Positions 39,221-53,640 of a stretch of DNA of 64,000 nucleotides are shown here, piece by piece. The DNA comes from Priapulus caudatus (Eukaryota), in contig NW_014577061.1 of NCBI RefSeq assembly GCF_000485595.1, positions 1,110,420-1,174,419 on the forward strand, in the 5' to 3' direction. Below the pieces are notes generated by a model. That model searched no databases and was not told where the DNA came from. It saw only the letters and a list, made by a program, of their open reading frames with translations. Position 1 is the stretch's first letter; the number at the start of each line of letters is the position of its first letter. The translations under genes were made by a program, and so were the position numbers.

Positions 39221-40690
39221 GCCCAGTTCTGACGAATTAATCACGTGAGGCCTCTGGAACGCCACTGCCGCTGCCGGCGCTGCAGGTGTTTGCATGCAGG
39301 ACAGGAGTTTACGAGCGCAAATGTCAACCCGCTGATGGGCGTACTGTTATTGTCGCATGCTCGGATGCTCCTATACTCGGGTCCGCCAGAACGTCGCTGT
39401 GCAGTAGCGGGCAGACGGCAGCGGAGCGGCTACTACGTGGTGTATTTATATTTCATTATGAAGGCACACAATGCGAAACATGCTGAAACGGCGATGAATG
39501 GTCGCACTTAAGCGAGCTGTGCATGCGGCGGGGGTGGCTATTACGTGCTGCGTGAAGCCCACTGTGTAAACCCGTGTCAAAACATGACAGTGCAAAACCG
39601 TGTCAATGTCGGTGCTCGGCAAACCGCAGGCGACAGTGTAACGGGAATCGGTAACCAATCTCTCTCTCTCTCTCTCTCTCTTTCCCTCTCGCTTTTCTCT
39701 TCGTCTCTGATTCTCTTTCTTTCTTTCTTTCTTTCTCTCTGATATATATATATAAGAACGATTGGGTTAACCGATGTGTATTTAGTCACAAGAACTAAAT
39801 ATATACATAAGCTACATAAGCTAATCTTGCTTTATATATCTATACTAATGGCGGGAAAGCCGGCAGAAGCAGAGAAGCAGGCTAAAAAAGACTGTCACAG
39901 CAAGCCAGAGCCGCCCCGTGGTAATTCCGTTTAGCGCCACACTAGCTGCCAATGGCATGTATATAGCTCGCTACACAAACATCTAGAAACTGACACACTG
40001 AGAAACGACGAGCGCCCCTCGCCGCACGTACGCATGCACCTGCCTCGCGCGCGGCCTCCTATTTCCGTTTGTTTGTCGATTTACGCTGTCGCCCACGTAC
40101 AGCTGCCGAGGCCATGCGGCGTCGCCGCGTGCGCGCGAATTTCAGATATACGTAGTCCGTCCCTTTATTGACCAGTAACGCAGCTGCTGTTCTGCGAAAA
40201 TATTCTCGATCGTTACTTTCGATGGTTTGCCTCGAAATTTGAGGCAGCGTGCAGGAGAGTGCCTATACGCACGCGCGAGCGATCGTGCACGCGTCTGACG
40301 TACACGTGTTCGCGTAAGGAACACGCAGTTCAGTAGGCGACCACTAAATTCCGCCATTTGTTTGAAAAGGTGGCGATTTAGTAGGCGACCAAAGGGTGGC
40401 GATTGCGATGATGATGATGGTAAGATCCGTCTATATATTTCCAGGTGATAGAGCAAGAGTTATTACGACCCCCCATAACAGCCGTGTTATCGGGCATTAC
40501 GCGTGTCTTCGTGCTTACGCTGGAAGACGGGAGTGTATAATTTATTGCAGTTTTTTGCGTTCTCTTCCGGCAGTTTCGCCTTGAACGATCCTTCACGTGA
40601 AAACGAATTTCCGTTTTGCGCTATCACTGCTCTTGCGCGCCGTTTATTGTGCAGACAATCACCGCGACCCGACTGTGCGTTTTCTTTGTG

Positions 40691-40693
<3 letters not shown>

Positions 40694-40749
<56 letters not shown>

Positions 40750-40822
40750 CTCGCGTGTACTGGTGATCGGTAACCACACGCTCGCGTGTACTGGTGATCG
40801 GTAACCACACGCTCGCGTGTAC
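40694..40822. repeat. (TG)n followed by a 31-bp tandem repeat (GCTCGCGTGTACTGGTGATCGGTAACCACAC)
   Basis: Directly visible. Confidence 0.9.
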
Positions 40823-41916
40823 CAGGGTTCGGTAAACTACACGCACCCGTGCACCGATAAATCTTGCGACGAGATATACTAGTACTCTGCATTCCGCTCC
40901 GAGTTATAGGCCCACGAACTGCGAATTACTGTGTATTGCAGCGTCCAGTAATGCCGAAAATCTTTTTAATTAACCATTCCTCTTTTCTTTGCAAACGATT
41001 GGCGACGCAAACGCTAGGAACTACGCGTTTGATAAGACTTGCTAGAAATTCCATATAAGCCATTCCACATAAACGCCAATTGGGTGATCGCTGGACATAT
41101 GCGTTTTCACCGCATTCTATGATTGCAACTGCTATACTGCATGTTGACCTGCTGATGATAAAATGCGCGTGTGAGGTCGTGCAACAGGAGGTGCGGTAGC
41201 AACAAATTTAAGCAGTACGAACGGTGATAGAAATATATACGACAACGACGTGCAGCGGTATTTCTGGTTGCCTAGGGGTGCAAAATAGCAGAATCGCAGA
41301 ATCTGCAGATATTCGTACCTGGGATGCCAGGGCAACCGGGCAACGTTTTCTCAATGTATTCAATTGTTGCATATGGTATTGCACCACACAAGCGGTAGCT
41401 TGCCCACTGCCTTATCCTATCATAGATCGCTGCTTGCAAGGAAAAATACACTTCACACTAGAATCCTTAGCTCATGTAGTTTGCATTCAACGAAAGAACC
41501 TCTCTTACCGGCCAGAAACATAAAGCCCAAATAAAATAAATAATAATAAAAAACTAAAAAAAACACATGAACAGTATAAAAAATTAAATAAATAAAAATA
41601 TAAAAACACATAGTACAGTGTAACTCGACCGTCAGTCGAGTATTAGGCGTCGGTGAGGGGTGTTGCTGCCACGTTGCGGTAACCTCCCTCCACGCCCGGG
41701 GGATAGCATTACCCGTCGGTGAGCAGCCAAGGCACGTCTCTTATATAATGAGACGCCATCTTTTCCCTCGCGAAAACAATCTGCACTGAGCTACGCACAA
41801 AAACACGTTTAGACGAGAAGCCCTGCGCAAGTACGGTAACTTAGCTACTACTTCAGAATGCCTAGCGAGCAATTGTGCACAACTAGCTGTCGTGTGTATG
41901 GCGAGCGAGGGTATAC

Positions 41917-42035
41917 CTGGTTGATGGAAGTCCGGTGCATACTGCTTAGCGTTAGCTCGCGCTCTTTCGGAATCCTCCTTCGCCCGTTTAGCGTTTGCTT
42001 CGGCCTCCTCCACTTTCACTCGCGCTGTCTGCATT
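41917..42035 (-). CDS. JPH: Junctophilin exon encoding the end of the alpha-helical domain
   Basis: tttcag|A MQTARVKVEEAEANAKRAKEDSERARANAKQYAPDFHQP G|gtatac; matches the junctophilin helix ending ...A(R/K)xxxPxFxQPG; phase 1 fits the next exon. Confidence 0.9.
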
Positions 42036-42216
42036 CTGAAACAGGAGCGTGATGATTATAGCGCAAGCTGCTCTCCCCCATTGCGCTCGTAATGGAGGCT
42101 GCCTGATTACAGGCTGCCGGATAATTCGACTTCATTATCAGCAGAGTAGCGCACGCCTGATGAAGCCAGTCATTAATGACGCTGACCCACAGGTACATGT
42201 ACCATGTCTATATGTG

Positions 42217-44028
42217 CAGTGGCGTAGACAGGTCCTCAGTTGTGGGGGGGGGGATGATTTCGCTGTTACTTCCATAGCAGTGTATATGAAGAGTGTGCGC
42301 GATAAGCGCACACCGCGAGCGCCTTGGCGCAAAGCCCTTAATGGGTGGGGTCCAGGGCCCGCCCTAGGGCCCCTGGCAGGATGCAGGGGCAGAGTCCCCG
42401 GAAGCTCTTAGATTTGAGCAATTTAGAACCTTCAAGATGGCCGTTTTTGAAAGAATTGGGAAAAAATGGATATTGTAAGTGCAATTTTGTGAATTCTAGG
42501 GTAATTTTTTTCTTTGGGACCCACAGAGGTTAATAACACTCCCCCTCCACACACAACCAGTTAGGGGACCAGAAGAAATTATAGGCGGGGCGAATCATGC
42601 GAGCTGAGAGCACGAAGAGCGCGCGGGGGCGAGGGTGTTGGAGAGGGTGTCCCCTCCCACTGTATGGAATTGTTGAAAAGTTGCAATCTAAAAGCAATCA
42701 ATTTTAGACATCAGTATCATAGAATATCAGGATTTTTCCTCTTTCAGGCCCTCTTGTTTAGGGGGGGGGAGGGGTCCGGGGATTTTGCTGAAAGTAACAC
42801 CTCTTCGATGCAATTTCCTGCACTTGAGGCAGCACTATTTAACAATCTCATCACATATAACATCAGTGTTGCAGTTGAATATTTTTATTTTTACCCAATC
42901 TGGGGACACCAAAGACCTAAAACGTACTTCCACCAAATCTGTGCCTATGCACATGTCCTCACTTGGTACCAGTGCAGGAACTTACCTAGCTAAAATACCC
43001 TTGCCCTGAAAATTCCTGATGGGGGGGGCGACCGGCCCGTCCTACCACCCCCCGTTGACACTGACATACAGCACTGAAATTCATCTCCCCTGAAATTTTG
43101 ATAAAAACGTATTTTTACTGAGACCGTTAAAACTGCAAAAAATATGGAAAACAACAAGCCGTTATGAACCAAAAGCTGCATATTCACCCCTTATACAAAA
43201 TCGTGAACCATATACTTCCGGTCGGGTCTCAGCACCCCCATCCCCCCAAAAAATAAGATGAAATAAAACTTCCCCATTCAATCCCCTGTCAAAATTCAAT
43301 ATCCCAACTCTCAATCGGTCTATCTAATTTGAATAAAGCAAAGATTTAACTTCGTGAGCACGCTGAAAACTTTAACCGTATATGGGAATGTCGTCCAAAA
43401 TTAATGTCATTTTGGAACGAGTTTCAGCCATTTTACAGTAGAATGGTATGTCACGTTCCATTTTCTGTATAATACATAGGAGAGTTATGAATAGCGATGA
43501 CGGTATTTTGTAGATAAATAATCCAGTATTTACTTGCTCTGTAAAATATTAAATTTTATCGCCCATTTTCTTCTGAAAATAGGGGGCCGAATGAAAGCCC
43601 ACCCCACCTCAATACGTGGTGGGGGGGGGAATATACCCCATCCCCCGCCCTATCTACGCCCCTGGTCAGATGACACTCAAATTTGACTTTTGATATTGCC
43701 CATACAATATTCATAATCATAATCTTTGTTTAGCAGTACTCTACAGGCGCGCCGGAACGATTTTTTTGAAGTGGGGGTGCTCAATTTGTTACGCTCGACA
43801 GTGGCAATGCAGGTTTTCGAGGAGGGTGTAAGAAACAGGCGGCGGGTGCGAGCGTCCTCCCCAGAAAATTTTGCCATTCCCAATTTTCCTCTGCAAAGTA
43901 TGGGGGCGCATGATCTGTACACGCCATCCCCCCACGTCAATAAATGGGGGCAATGATTGTACACGCCATCCCCCCACGTCAATAAATGGGGATGCATCCC
44001 CCCATCCCCCCGCCTATCTACGCCCCTG
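42217..44028. mobile_element. Composite non-autonomous hAT-like element (~1.8 kb) with nested termini
   Basis: Termini cagtggcgtaga / tctacgcccctg; 8-bp flanks tatatgtg/tatgtgtg; further internal ends at ~43063, ~43663 and ~43745. Confidence 0.7.
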
Positions 44029-44065
44029 TATGTGTGTGTGTGTGGGTCGTGATGTGGACGTGTGT

Positions 44066-44096
<31 letters not shown>

Positions 44097-44602
44097 TGCT
44101 TGTTGTGTGTGTGTGTGTGCTGTGTTGTGTGTGTGTGTGTTGTGTGTGGCGGTGTGTGCCTGGCCTGTGTGTTGTGTGTGCTATGTGTCAGCGGCCGTAA
44201 ATCGTACCGAGGAGTGGGGGGATGATCGGCCGCGATAGCACAACTAGCTCACGAGGCACAAGCCCACAATAATTTACGCACACAGCGCGCGATCGCGCTC
44301 GCCACGAAAATCTTGAAGCATTATTTTCGAATACTGGACAGCTGCAAACTTGTAGTGTTTTATTATAATGAACTCCGAAAGAAGACGGCCACACTTTATC
44401 AAGTAGCCTAACATTAGATTGAGTATTTTTTTTTTCGCTCAGAAAGATCGCGAACTCTGTATTTTGAGTCCCATCACTTAGAAAATGATGTATAATGGTA
44501 CATATGGAGCATAGGAACATCAACCAAAATAATAACAATTATTATGGTGATGACGATGATAATAATGATAACAGTAATTGAAATAATTGAGGGTCTGCCC
44601 AT

Positions 44603-44769
44603 CAGGGCATGCATGTACAGGATTTGGACCAGGGGGGGGGTGCTACGAACCAAACTTAACGTAACCAAGCGTGAGACATTTTTGAAATTAGACCCTCGTC
44701 AGCATGCTTCGTTGCCGAGCAGACGGGGGATCCGGACCCCCTGGACCCTCCCCCCTGTACACGCCCCTG
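44603..44769. mobile_element. Short hAT-like MITE
   Basis: cagggcatgcatgtacagg...cctgtacacgcccctg with G- and C-run subterminal motifs. Confidence 0.5.
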
Positions 44770-46061
44770 CCCATGTCTCCAAATTATTTTATTAATAGCC
44801 GTCACTGCTGCCGAGTCGGTTTACTTGAATGCCGCTCTGCCATTACCGTTAGTTTTGAACTCCCCTACCATCGCTCTGTTATAATGTATGTTTCTATGCA
44901 GCTTTTGTATTGGCTGTCTACGGAAATGGAACAAGCCTAGTACAGACCAGACTCTGTCATGTAAGTGTTGCGTAGCTTTGTCTGCTAAATCAGATTAAAC
45001 ACGTGGCGGCAGAATGGCGTTCAATTGCCATTGCATCCAATAAAACCCAACTTTTACAGAAAGTCAGAAACGAATATACACAGATGTGAGCCTTGGTACT
45101 TGTCGTATGATCAGTACGTTGTGTAAAACTCCAGTGTTATCATGGCTTATTGCATGGTCAGCAAGACGACTTTCAAGTGGTCCCGGCAGTAGAAGAGCAC
45201 GTGACTGCCAGATGCATATAGTCTCTCAAAAAGCATAAGTGCTATGGGGGAGCAGTGGAATCTCACCAATATATCAAGCCTCTTTGCAGCAGCTAGAGAA
45301 TTGTCTGTTTGACGCAGAAGTGAGCATTTTACGGATTATTAACTTGACACAATGATGCTTTTGAGATGCCGGCAGAATCATGCAAATGAACTCTTTAAGA
45401 AAAATGTTTCCGACTACAAATATGGGCAAAAGTCATCGGTTGCAAACATACAAAAACACGTTGAAATTTGTGAAATCTGCAATTCTTACCTGTGTATTTT
45501 ATATGTATTATTATATAGTAACCTAACTGTGTACGCCTCTTGAAAAGTCATGAAAAGTGTTTGAATGAACTGCGGGTTAGAGTCTAGGGTTGAGATAGCG
45601 TTATCAGACATAGAATATGCCCAGTATGCTCAGATTGCAGAAAATGCCTTAAATTTTCAAATTTTCTGGGGCCATTGCCGAACCCGTCTAGCCACTGCAT
45701 GCCTACGGCCGGGGCGCTCCCCTGCCTGCGCAGACAAGCGTTAATTTCTGCCCCCCCCCATGTCCATAATTTCATTACCGCATTGGGTTCACAGGGTTGG
45801 AACCCTGATACTCTAAGATGATCGCTAACATACTGTAACGTGTAGGCTATACAGTTTATACATACATTTAAAAAAACTCACTTCTCATGCAATTATCTGA
45901 AATTGAACAATCACTATCTCTTCTTTTTCTTCTTCTTCTTCTTCTTTCTTTTTTTCTCTCTTTTTTTTAATTCGCAGGGGCATATTTGTTACAGCGCCTC
46001 CCCCCCTCCCTTCAAGAGCGGTGAGATGCATCCCCCCCATCCCCCGCGAGATTTACGCCCT

Positions 46062-46200
<139 letters not shown>

Positions 46201-46467
46201 TGAACCTGGGGGCGTGTGTGCGTACGTGAATGCGTGGACGTGTGTATTCGTGCGCTCGCGTATCTGTACAGTGTGCCCTTCGCGCGACGTACACCGAATG
46301 ACAACGCAAATGGCGCGCAGTGAAGCTCTCATCTATTACTGCATGAGCGTGGCATGTGGCGATCCGCGGTAGTTTGCTAATGCCGCCGATAGATGTCATC
46401 AAAACTGCTTGAAGAATGAAATCGCGAATTCGTTATAGCTTGCGTTGCATCGACATGGCTACGCTCC

Positions 46468-46671
46468 TCAGAGATGGAGTGATCCGAACCTGGTCAGGGA
46501 TGGAATGATCCGAATCCGGTCAGAGACGGAATGACCTGAATCCGGTCAGAGACGCAATGACCCGAGTCCGGTCAGAGGCGGAATGACCTGAACCAGAGGC
46601 GAAATGACCCGAATCCGGTCAGAGACGCAATGACTCGAATCCGGTCAGAGACGGAATGACATGAATCCGGT
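46468..46671. repeat. 26-bp minisatellite (TCAGAGACGGAATGACCCGAATCCGG) x~8
   Basis: Directly visible degenerate tandem units. Confidence 0.9.
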
Positions 46672-46813
46672 ACTCCTGTCTTGCCTGAATGTATCACCTG
46701 ATCCGCTGCCGATTAGTCAGGTGTGGCGCGAACATCGACAATTAAAGCAGACGAAAGCAGGTGAAAAACTCGCCAGATGACTGCAGACTTTATTTGTGCA
46801 CTGAAATAACCTA

Positions 46814-47241
46814 CAGCCTGGCGCACATTGCCGAACATTTTCCCGAACAAATGTTCGCCCGAACAAATGTTTTTGTCTGTAATTGTGCGGGTAAACAATT
46901 GCTGAGCGCACATTGCCGAATATTTTGCAGCGAACAACCTCGTGGCGCCGTCTAGTAGCTGTGTTGTAAAGAGTCACGTGATCGGCGCATAATTGGGCAC
47001 AAAAATCATGTGACCACATATCGTGCTGCTATTGGTTACTACTTTACAAATGTTCCTAGAATTGTTCGACATTCAGCGCACATTGACGAACATTCGACGA
47101 ACAATGTTCGAGATATCAAACATTTCCGATCTTCAGAAACATTGTTCGGCGACTTTTTTCACCGCACATTGCCGAACATTTCATGGAACATTGCTACGAT
47201 AATGTTTTTGAGCAAAATGTTCGGCAATGTGCGCCGGGCTG
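46814..47241. mobile_element. MITE with ~28-bp TIRs and internal GCACATTGCCGAACATT repeats
   Basis: cagcctggcgcacattgccgaacatttt / aaaatgttcggcaatgtgcgccgggctg; TA on both sides. Confidence 0.82.
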
Positions 47242-49157
47242 TAAGCGGCTTCGCCGAAAACAAGTACTCACAATGCACGCGAGTACTCGAAAATACTCGC
47301 AAAGGTAGTTGATCAAAAACACATACGTATCCTATAGATTTGGCCCGATTATGTACTCCCGCTTCTGGACATGCCAAATAGTGAATACATAGTAATATGC
47401 CAAATGTAATCTAATTCACCGGACGGGCCAACGGGCAGAGATAAACGCCGAATAATTAGTGCATAGCCAGTAGTGTCTATGAGTGCTATTAAAGCACCCA
47501 GGCCATAGTAGTGACTGGGAGCAACAGTCTACATTATGTTCGCCGAAAAGACGCTGGCTTTCGAACTCAGTGTGTACACAAGATTATACGTTTAGCGCTT
47601 GCCCGTAACGCGCTGATCATGCATGAACCGCGGTTCATTATGTAGTTGATAGGCGCGAGACAGAATATCCCGTAACACAAGCTCTCTCGACGATTTCCTA
47701 GAGAACCCGTTCCTTTATCGATAGTAATGTATGGCTAAAACTATTCACACGACAAGAAAATTCTACTTCACCGGACAAGACGCGTAATTGCATCATCACA
47801 CTACGATATTGATAAGTCCACAACAGTTTGCTGGTTGATCCCCGTTCGAGTTTCTTAAGTACATATATAGGCGCGTGTGACAGTATAGTGGCACCTATTT
47901 AATATTAATTGTCATAAACGTGGTCACTGCGTAACGTGGCGTGCCCAATTCCATCTGCATCAGTTAGCTGGGTGGTGTTGAGAAGGGGGCGTATATATTA
48001 TATACACGTACATGCGCGCGCGCACGTGCGCACGCACAATCACACGCACACGCCGATGCAGACGCGCACGAACACGCACGCACACGCACGCACACGCACG
48101 CACACGCACGCGCACATACACGCCTCACCACGCATGTGCGCAGTGGCGCGCATTACAAACATCTCTAAATTATCACCACTAATTTGGGCTTCTTGCCGTT
48201 TCGATCCTATCTTCTTTTGTAACATGAAGCCGACGACCAACTGCTAACGCGCGGGTGTCACCGTAGTTACGTGTCATTGTCGCATCCTACGACACGTCGC
48301 ACACGCTACGTGACCTGCGTCGGAGCGACGTGAAAAAAGTCGCACTCGTAGAACTAGCGAGGCGTGAACGAAGATAAGTCGGCGTTGGCTTCGGAAACCT
48401 TTTCGGAAACCGGCACGGCACGAGGTCCGTGCGGAACGCGAAAGCCGCGAGAAAAATCATTAAACAGTGAGAGCCGAGGATATGTGCTAAGTGTACGAGT
48501 GTTTCTACTTTCCACACTGTTGGGGGCGTTAATAATTCAGCGAAATTCTCCCATATGGGTCACTCGCAGGACATCTGGGAGCGCCCAACATTTCACACAC
48601 GATTAACACGCAGCGTTGCCTATACTCTTATAGTCTATATACGTTTTATACCTCCTATATATATATATATATATACTAGTGAAAGGTCTATAGGTCTAAA
48701 TGCATACCCGTCACAATATATTCTGCTTCTGGTGTGATATTGCGCACTCTCAAACACACAAACGTAGTCTGATTGTGTACAGACTGGTATATGCAGCGGG
48801 TACATTACATTCGCGGTCTTCTTCCTACATCTTTACAGATGCCTACTGAGAGAGTTTTATTATATAAATCTATGCTAGGATACATCCGCTCCAGTTTAAA
48901 TGCATAATTTTCGCAAATTCTTCTTTGTCTCGGGAGATATCGCGCATGCGCAAGCACCTGTTCAGGCGTTCGATTCGGACTAACAGAAACGGGAAATTAT
49001 TGCTTGCTGAGTGACCGAGGGGTGGAAGACTGAGGGGAGGAGGTTGGGGAGATATCTGAAGAGCGGTAAAATTAGTAAGAAGCTGAGCGACGGACACTGG
49101 AAGCACATTGAGGGATGGGCAGAGGATGGTGTATGGAGATTTCACCCTACAGGCTAA

Positions 49158-50391
49158 GGGGGGGGAGGGGTCCGGGGATTTTGCTGAAAGTAACACCTCT
49201 TCGATGCAATTTCCTGCACTGTGAGGCAGCACTATTAGACAATCTTCATCACAATAACATCAGTGTTGAGTTGAATATTTTTACCATTGGGGACACCAAA
49301 GACTAAAATACTTACTACCAAATCTGTGCTATGCACATGTCCTCACTGGGGTTACCAGTGCAGACTTACCTAGGCTAAAATACCCTTGCCCTGAAAATTC
49401 CTGAGGGGGGGGGGCGACCGCCCCGTGCTACCGACCCCCCGTTGACAACTACAGCACTGAAATCATCTCCCCCTGAAATTTTGATAAAACGTATATTTTA
49501 CTGAGAACGTTAAAACTGCAAAAAAATATGAGAAAAACAACCAGATTTGAACCAAAAAGTGCATATTTCACCCCTTATACAAAATCTGAAATATACTTCC
49601 GGTCGGGTCTCAGCACCCCCATCCCCCCCAAAAAAAGTAAGATGAAATAAAATTTTCCCATTCAATCCCCGTCAAAATTCAATATCCCAACTCTCAATAG
49701 GTCTATTCTAATTTTGAATAAAGCAAAGATTTAACTTTCGTGAGCAGTGATAAGACTTAACCGTATATGGGGAATGCGTCCAAAATTAATGTCATTCTTG
49801 GAACGAGTTTCAGCCATTTTACAGTAGATGTATGTCACGTTCCATTTCTGTAATAATACATTAGGAGAGTATGAATAGCGATGACGGATTTGTAGATAAA
49901 TATCCAGTATTTATTGTCTGTAAAATATTAAATTTTTCCCCATTTTCTTTCTGAAAATAGGGGGAATGAAAGCCACCCCACCTCAATAAGTGGGGGGGGG
50001 ATATACCCCCATCCCCCCGCTATCTACGCCCCTGTCAGATGAACTCAAATTTGACTTTTGATATGCATACAAATATTCATAATCATAATCTTTGTTAGCA
50101 GTACTCTACAGGCGCCGCGGAACGATTTTTGAAGTGGGGGTGCTCAATTTGTTACGCTCGACAGTGGCCAATGCAGGTTTTCGAGGAGGGTGGTAAGAAA
50201 CAGGCGGCGGTATGCGGGTCCTCCCCCAGAAAATTTTGAATTCCCCATTTTCCTCCTGAAAGTATGGGGGGATGATTGTACACGCCATCCCCCCACGTCA
50301 ATAAATAAATGGGGGGAATGATTGTACACGCCATCCCCCCACGTCAATAAATGGGGGATGCATCCCCCCATCCCCCCGCTATCTACGCCCC

Positions 50392-50401
<10 letters not shown>
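49158..50401 (+). repeat. Indel-rich direct duplicate of ~42761-44036
   Basis: Collinear along its length, including the hAT terminus, the TSD and the following (TG)n. Confidence 0.92.
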
Positions 50402-50459
<58 letters not shown>

Positions 50460-50460
<1 letters not shown>

Positions 50461-51857
50461 TTGTAACACTTGACTTCCAGTTTTGAAATGATAATGGCTT
50501 CAAAATAACTTGTTTTACTTAACCCAAACCTAGTCATATTTCAAGCCAAGATATGCATCTTTAATTTCATATACCTTGAAGTAAGTATTTAACTATAATA
50601 AAGTTGTTATGTCAGATTTGGAAAAAAGTGTTACAATTGTCTCCCCTACAGTTGTCTCCGCTTTATTGGCAATCGCATAAACGACAGTTGCTATCGAAAA
50701 ACAATCCTTACGCACGCTTATGTCCACCGCTTATTCGGGACCACCGCGTAATCGGGGCAGTGCCATGCTTTCCCACCTTCCCGATAAAGCAGGGACCTAT
50801 ATCTATCTCGTCTTCGATCCGAAGACAAAGAGAGCGTGTGTCTCAACGCACCCCCTTGATGTGAACACAGATCGGCGTCATCAGTCGCAGACGGGGGGTA
50901 ACAACAGGCCAATAGCTTGATAGAGAATGATATTGAATCGATTAAAGTAAACCGAAGGACTATATAGCGCCAAATTGTGCCATTCACACGTCACCAAAAC
51001 CAACCCGGACCGATTTCCTGACCTACCTTCGCCCAGGCCCACAAAATTACAAGTCGACCATTAATTAACCTCGAATAAATCAATAAAACACCACACGTCT
51101 CAAACTAAGCCTTCCCAACCCCTTACTAACCAACATCTAACCTCCATCCAGCTCCCCCATCCCATCCCCCATCAAGCCCTCAGATAAACCCTGATCCAAC
51201 CCCAGCCAACGCCTACCCAACTCCTATCAACCCTACCCTAACCGGTATCCACTCCAGCCAACCTCTACCCAATTTCCAACTAACCCCCAGCCAACCCTCA
51301 AGCAATCCACATCCAATCCCCACCCAACCCGGACCTATATCCCACTCAACTCCCACCGAACCGCCTATTTCCCATCAAACCGCCAGTCCCACAACTCACA
51401 TCGGGGATCGAGTCGGTCGCAAGCATACGATACATCGCTGTTTGCTGTCTGAGAGTCACTCCCTAGCAGCAGCACGATTATTACAGTATGTAATTTTTTA
51501 TGCTTAGTTTTATCAAGAGTCTCTAATAGAAGATTTTATTATGCACTATTATGAACTCTTGGTATTATAATACCTGAACGTATACCATCGGCATCATAGC
51601 GCAAAAAGATTTTCCGTATAACTGTACGCACATTTCGTATTTGATAAATTCGTACATATTCTCGTGTCTTTTGTAACGTCACGCTCGTAAACACAAATAT
51701 ACACATCGCAGAGGAGAGTGAGAAAAGAAAAGAAGCAGACAGAGAAAGAAAGAAAGGGGAAGAAATAGAAAGAGCAAAAACAAGGAAATAAATTGTACAG
51801 AGGGTAAGGGGTAAAATAGTGAAATAAGGGGCACGAGAGGGAGAAAGAGATAGACAA

Positions 51858-51926
<69 letters not shown>
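50460..51926 (+). repeat. Segment directly duplicated (indel-rich) at ~57838-59480
   Basis: attgtaacacttgacttccag...(GATA)n is collinear in both copies. Confidence 0.92.
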
Positions 51927-51928
<2 letters not shown>

Positions 51929-52014
51929 TCGCTGGCTCGTCTCTCCATTCGGTCGACATAATTCTGAAATCTGCCCGTTCTATTCTATCCTCTCTTTCTC
52001 TCGTCACATAATAG

Positions 52015-52060
52015 TTGAGAATCTCTCGGTGTCTATCTATCTATCTCTCCTCTCTCTCTC

Positions 52061-52091
<31 letters not shown>

Positions 52092-52400
52092 CTCTCTCTA
52101 TCTTCTCTTTCTTTGCTCTCTCATCTCTCCTCGACTCTTATCGCATCCCGTCGCTCTCTCATCTGCTCTTCTCCTTTCCTCTTCTCTTCTCTTCTCTCCT
52201 CTCTCTTTCTCTCTCCGTCTCTCTCCTCTTCTATTTCTATCTACTACTCTCTCTCTCGTATCTGCCTTTCTCTTCTCGCTCTCTCTCCCCCTCCGTCTCT
52301 CGTCTTCTCCTCCTCTCTCCTCTCTCTCTCTTTCTCTTCTTTCTTTCTCTCTCTCTCTCTCTCCTTCTTGTCATTCCCTATCTATGTATTTCTCATTTTC
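52015..52400. repeat. Degenerate (CT)n tract
   Basis: Directly visible. Confidence 0.9.
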
Positions 52401-53082
52401 GCCATCTTTTCCAGGCGTGTCTTTCTCAGCGTAGCCGTTTACTACACTTACATATGTGTTAGGAGTATTCCTGGCGGTAAAAATTAAGCACACACACGTT
52501 CAGCCGCAACGAAGATAGCAGCAAATGATATTCAAGCGAGCAGATGCGTCTGCGTTGTCGTGCCACGCCACAATGTCTCGGGTCTTGAAGAAACTACTCA
52601 CTGTGGGACTTAGCGGCACTCCGAGCTCAGACTGCGCCGCCGCAACTACGTGCCTATAGCAATATATAATAAGGTATAACAAATTCTCTCTCATGCTTTA
52701 ATCATTCGGTTAATATCTAGCAACGTGGTTAGGACAACCACGAAGAACCCCTGCCTCTTCCTCGGGCCACATTCTATATAGGCACTCATAAAGCATCCTG
52801 TCAGCTGAAGCCCTTGTGTAGAGACCAGACCCACCGAGTCAGATCCTGGAGGGAGACATAGGTCATCCAGCGGCTAAAGCTGATCGTGAGAGTGGGAAAG
52901 AGCACAACGAATATCTCCCACCAATACATACAGTAAACTCGCTTCTCCTATAGAGGAACACGTAGGTGTGCCGATTGCAGCAAGCGGAGAAATTGCTTGG
53001 TACGTGAGACGGCGACACCAACGCTTCGCTAGCCGCGGCTACAACACGATGAGAGGGGGAGGAGAAAGAGCAGTGCTGGCAG

Positions 53083-53640
53083 ATGATGGAACTATGGATG
53101 ATGATTGGATGGGGATGATGGATGGATGATCGATGATGGATGGAATAGGATGATTAATGATGGCATGGAGGATGATGATAGATGATGATGATGATGGAGA
53201 TGGATGGATAATGGATTGATGGAGGATGGATTGAGGATGATAAAGGATGATGATGATGGACCTGATGGATGGATGATGGATGTATGATGATGGATATGAA
53301 TGGGGATGGATGGATGAAGATTGATGGATGCGAGATGGTGATGATGGATGATTGATGGATGGATTGGATGATTGATGGATGTAATTGATGGATTGATGAT
53401 TGATGATGGATGACTGGCATGGATGATGATGATAGTATGATGAGGATGGATGGATGATGGATGGATGGAGGATGATGATTGATGGATTGATTGAATGGAT
53501 GGATGAATAGATGGATGGATTGAGTATGATGATGGATGATGGAGATGGATGATGGATGATGGAGGATGATGGATTCGACATTATTGATTGATATGATCTG
53601 GATTGATGATGGAATATGAATGGGGATGTATGGATGGATA
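53083..53640. repeat. Degenerate (GAT)n/(GGAT)n tract
   Basis: Directly visible. Confidence 0.92.

Noticed and set aside
45100..45330. Possible coding or hAT transposase remnant
   Set aside because: No recognisable motif or consistent splice sites were found.
52725..52935. Possible decayed Penelope/GIY-YIG fragment (KPLCRDQTHRVRSWRE...IQRLK)
   Set aside because: It is too degraded and lies in a noisy region; it cannot be supported without a profile search.
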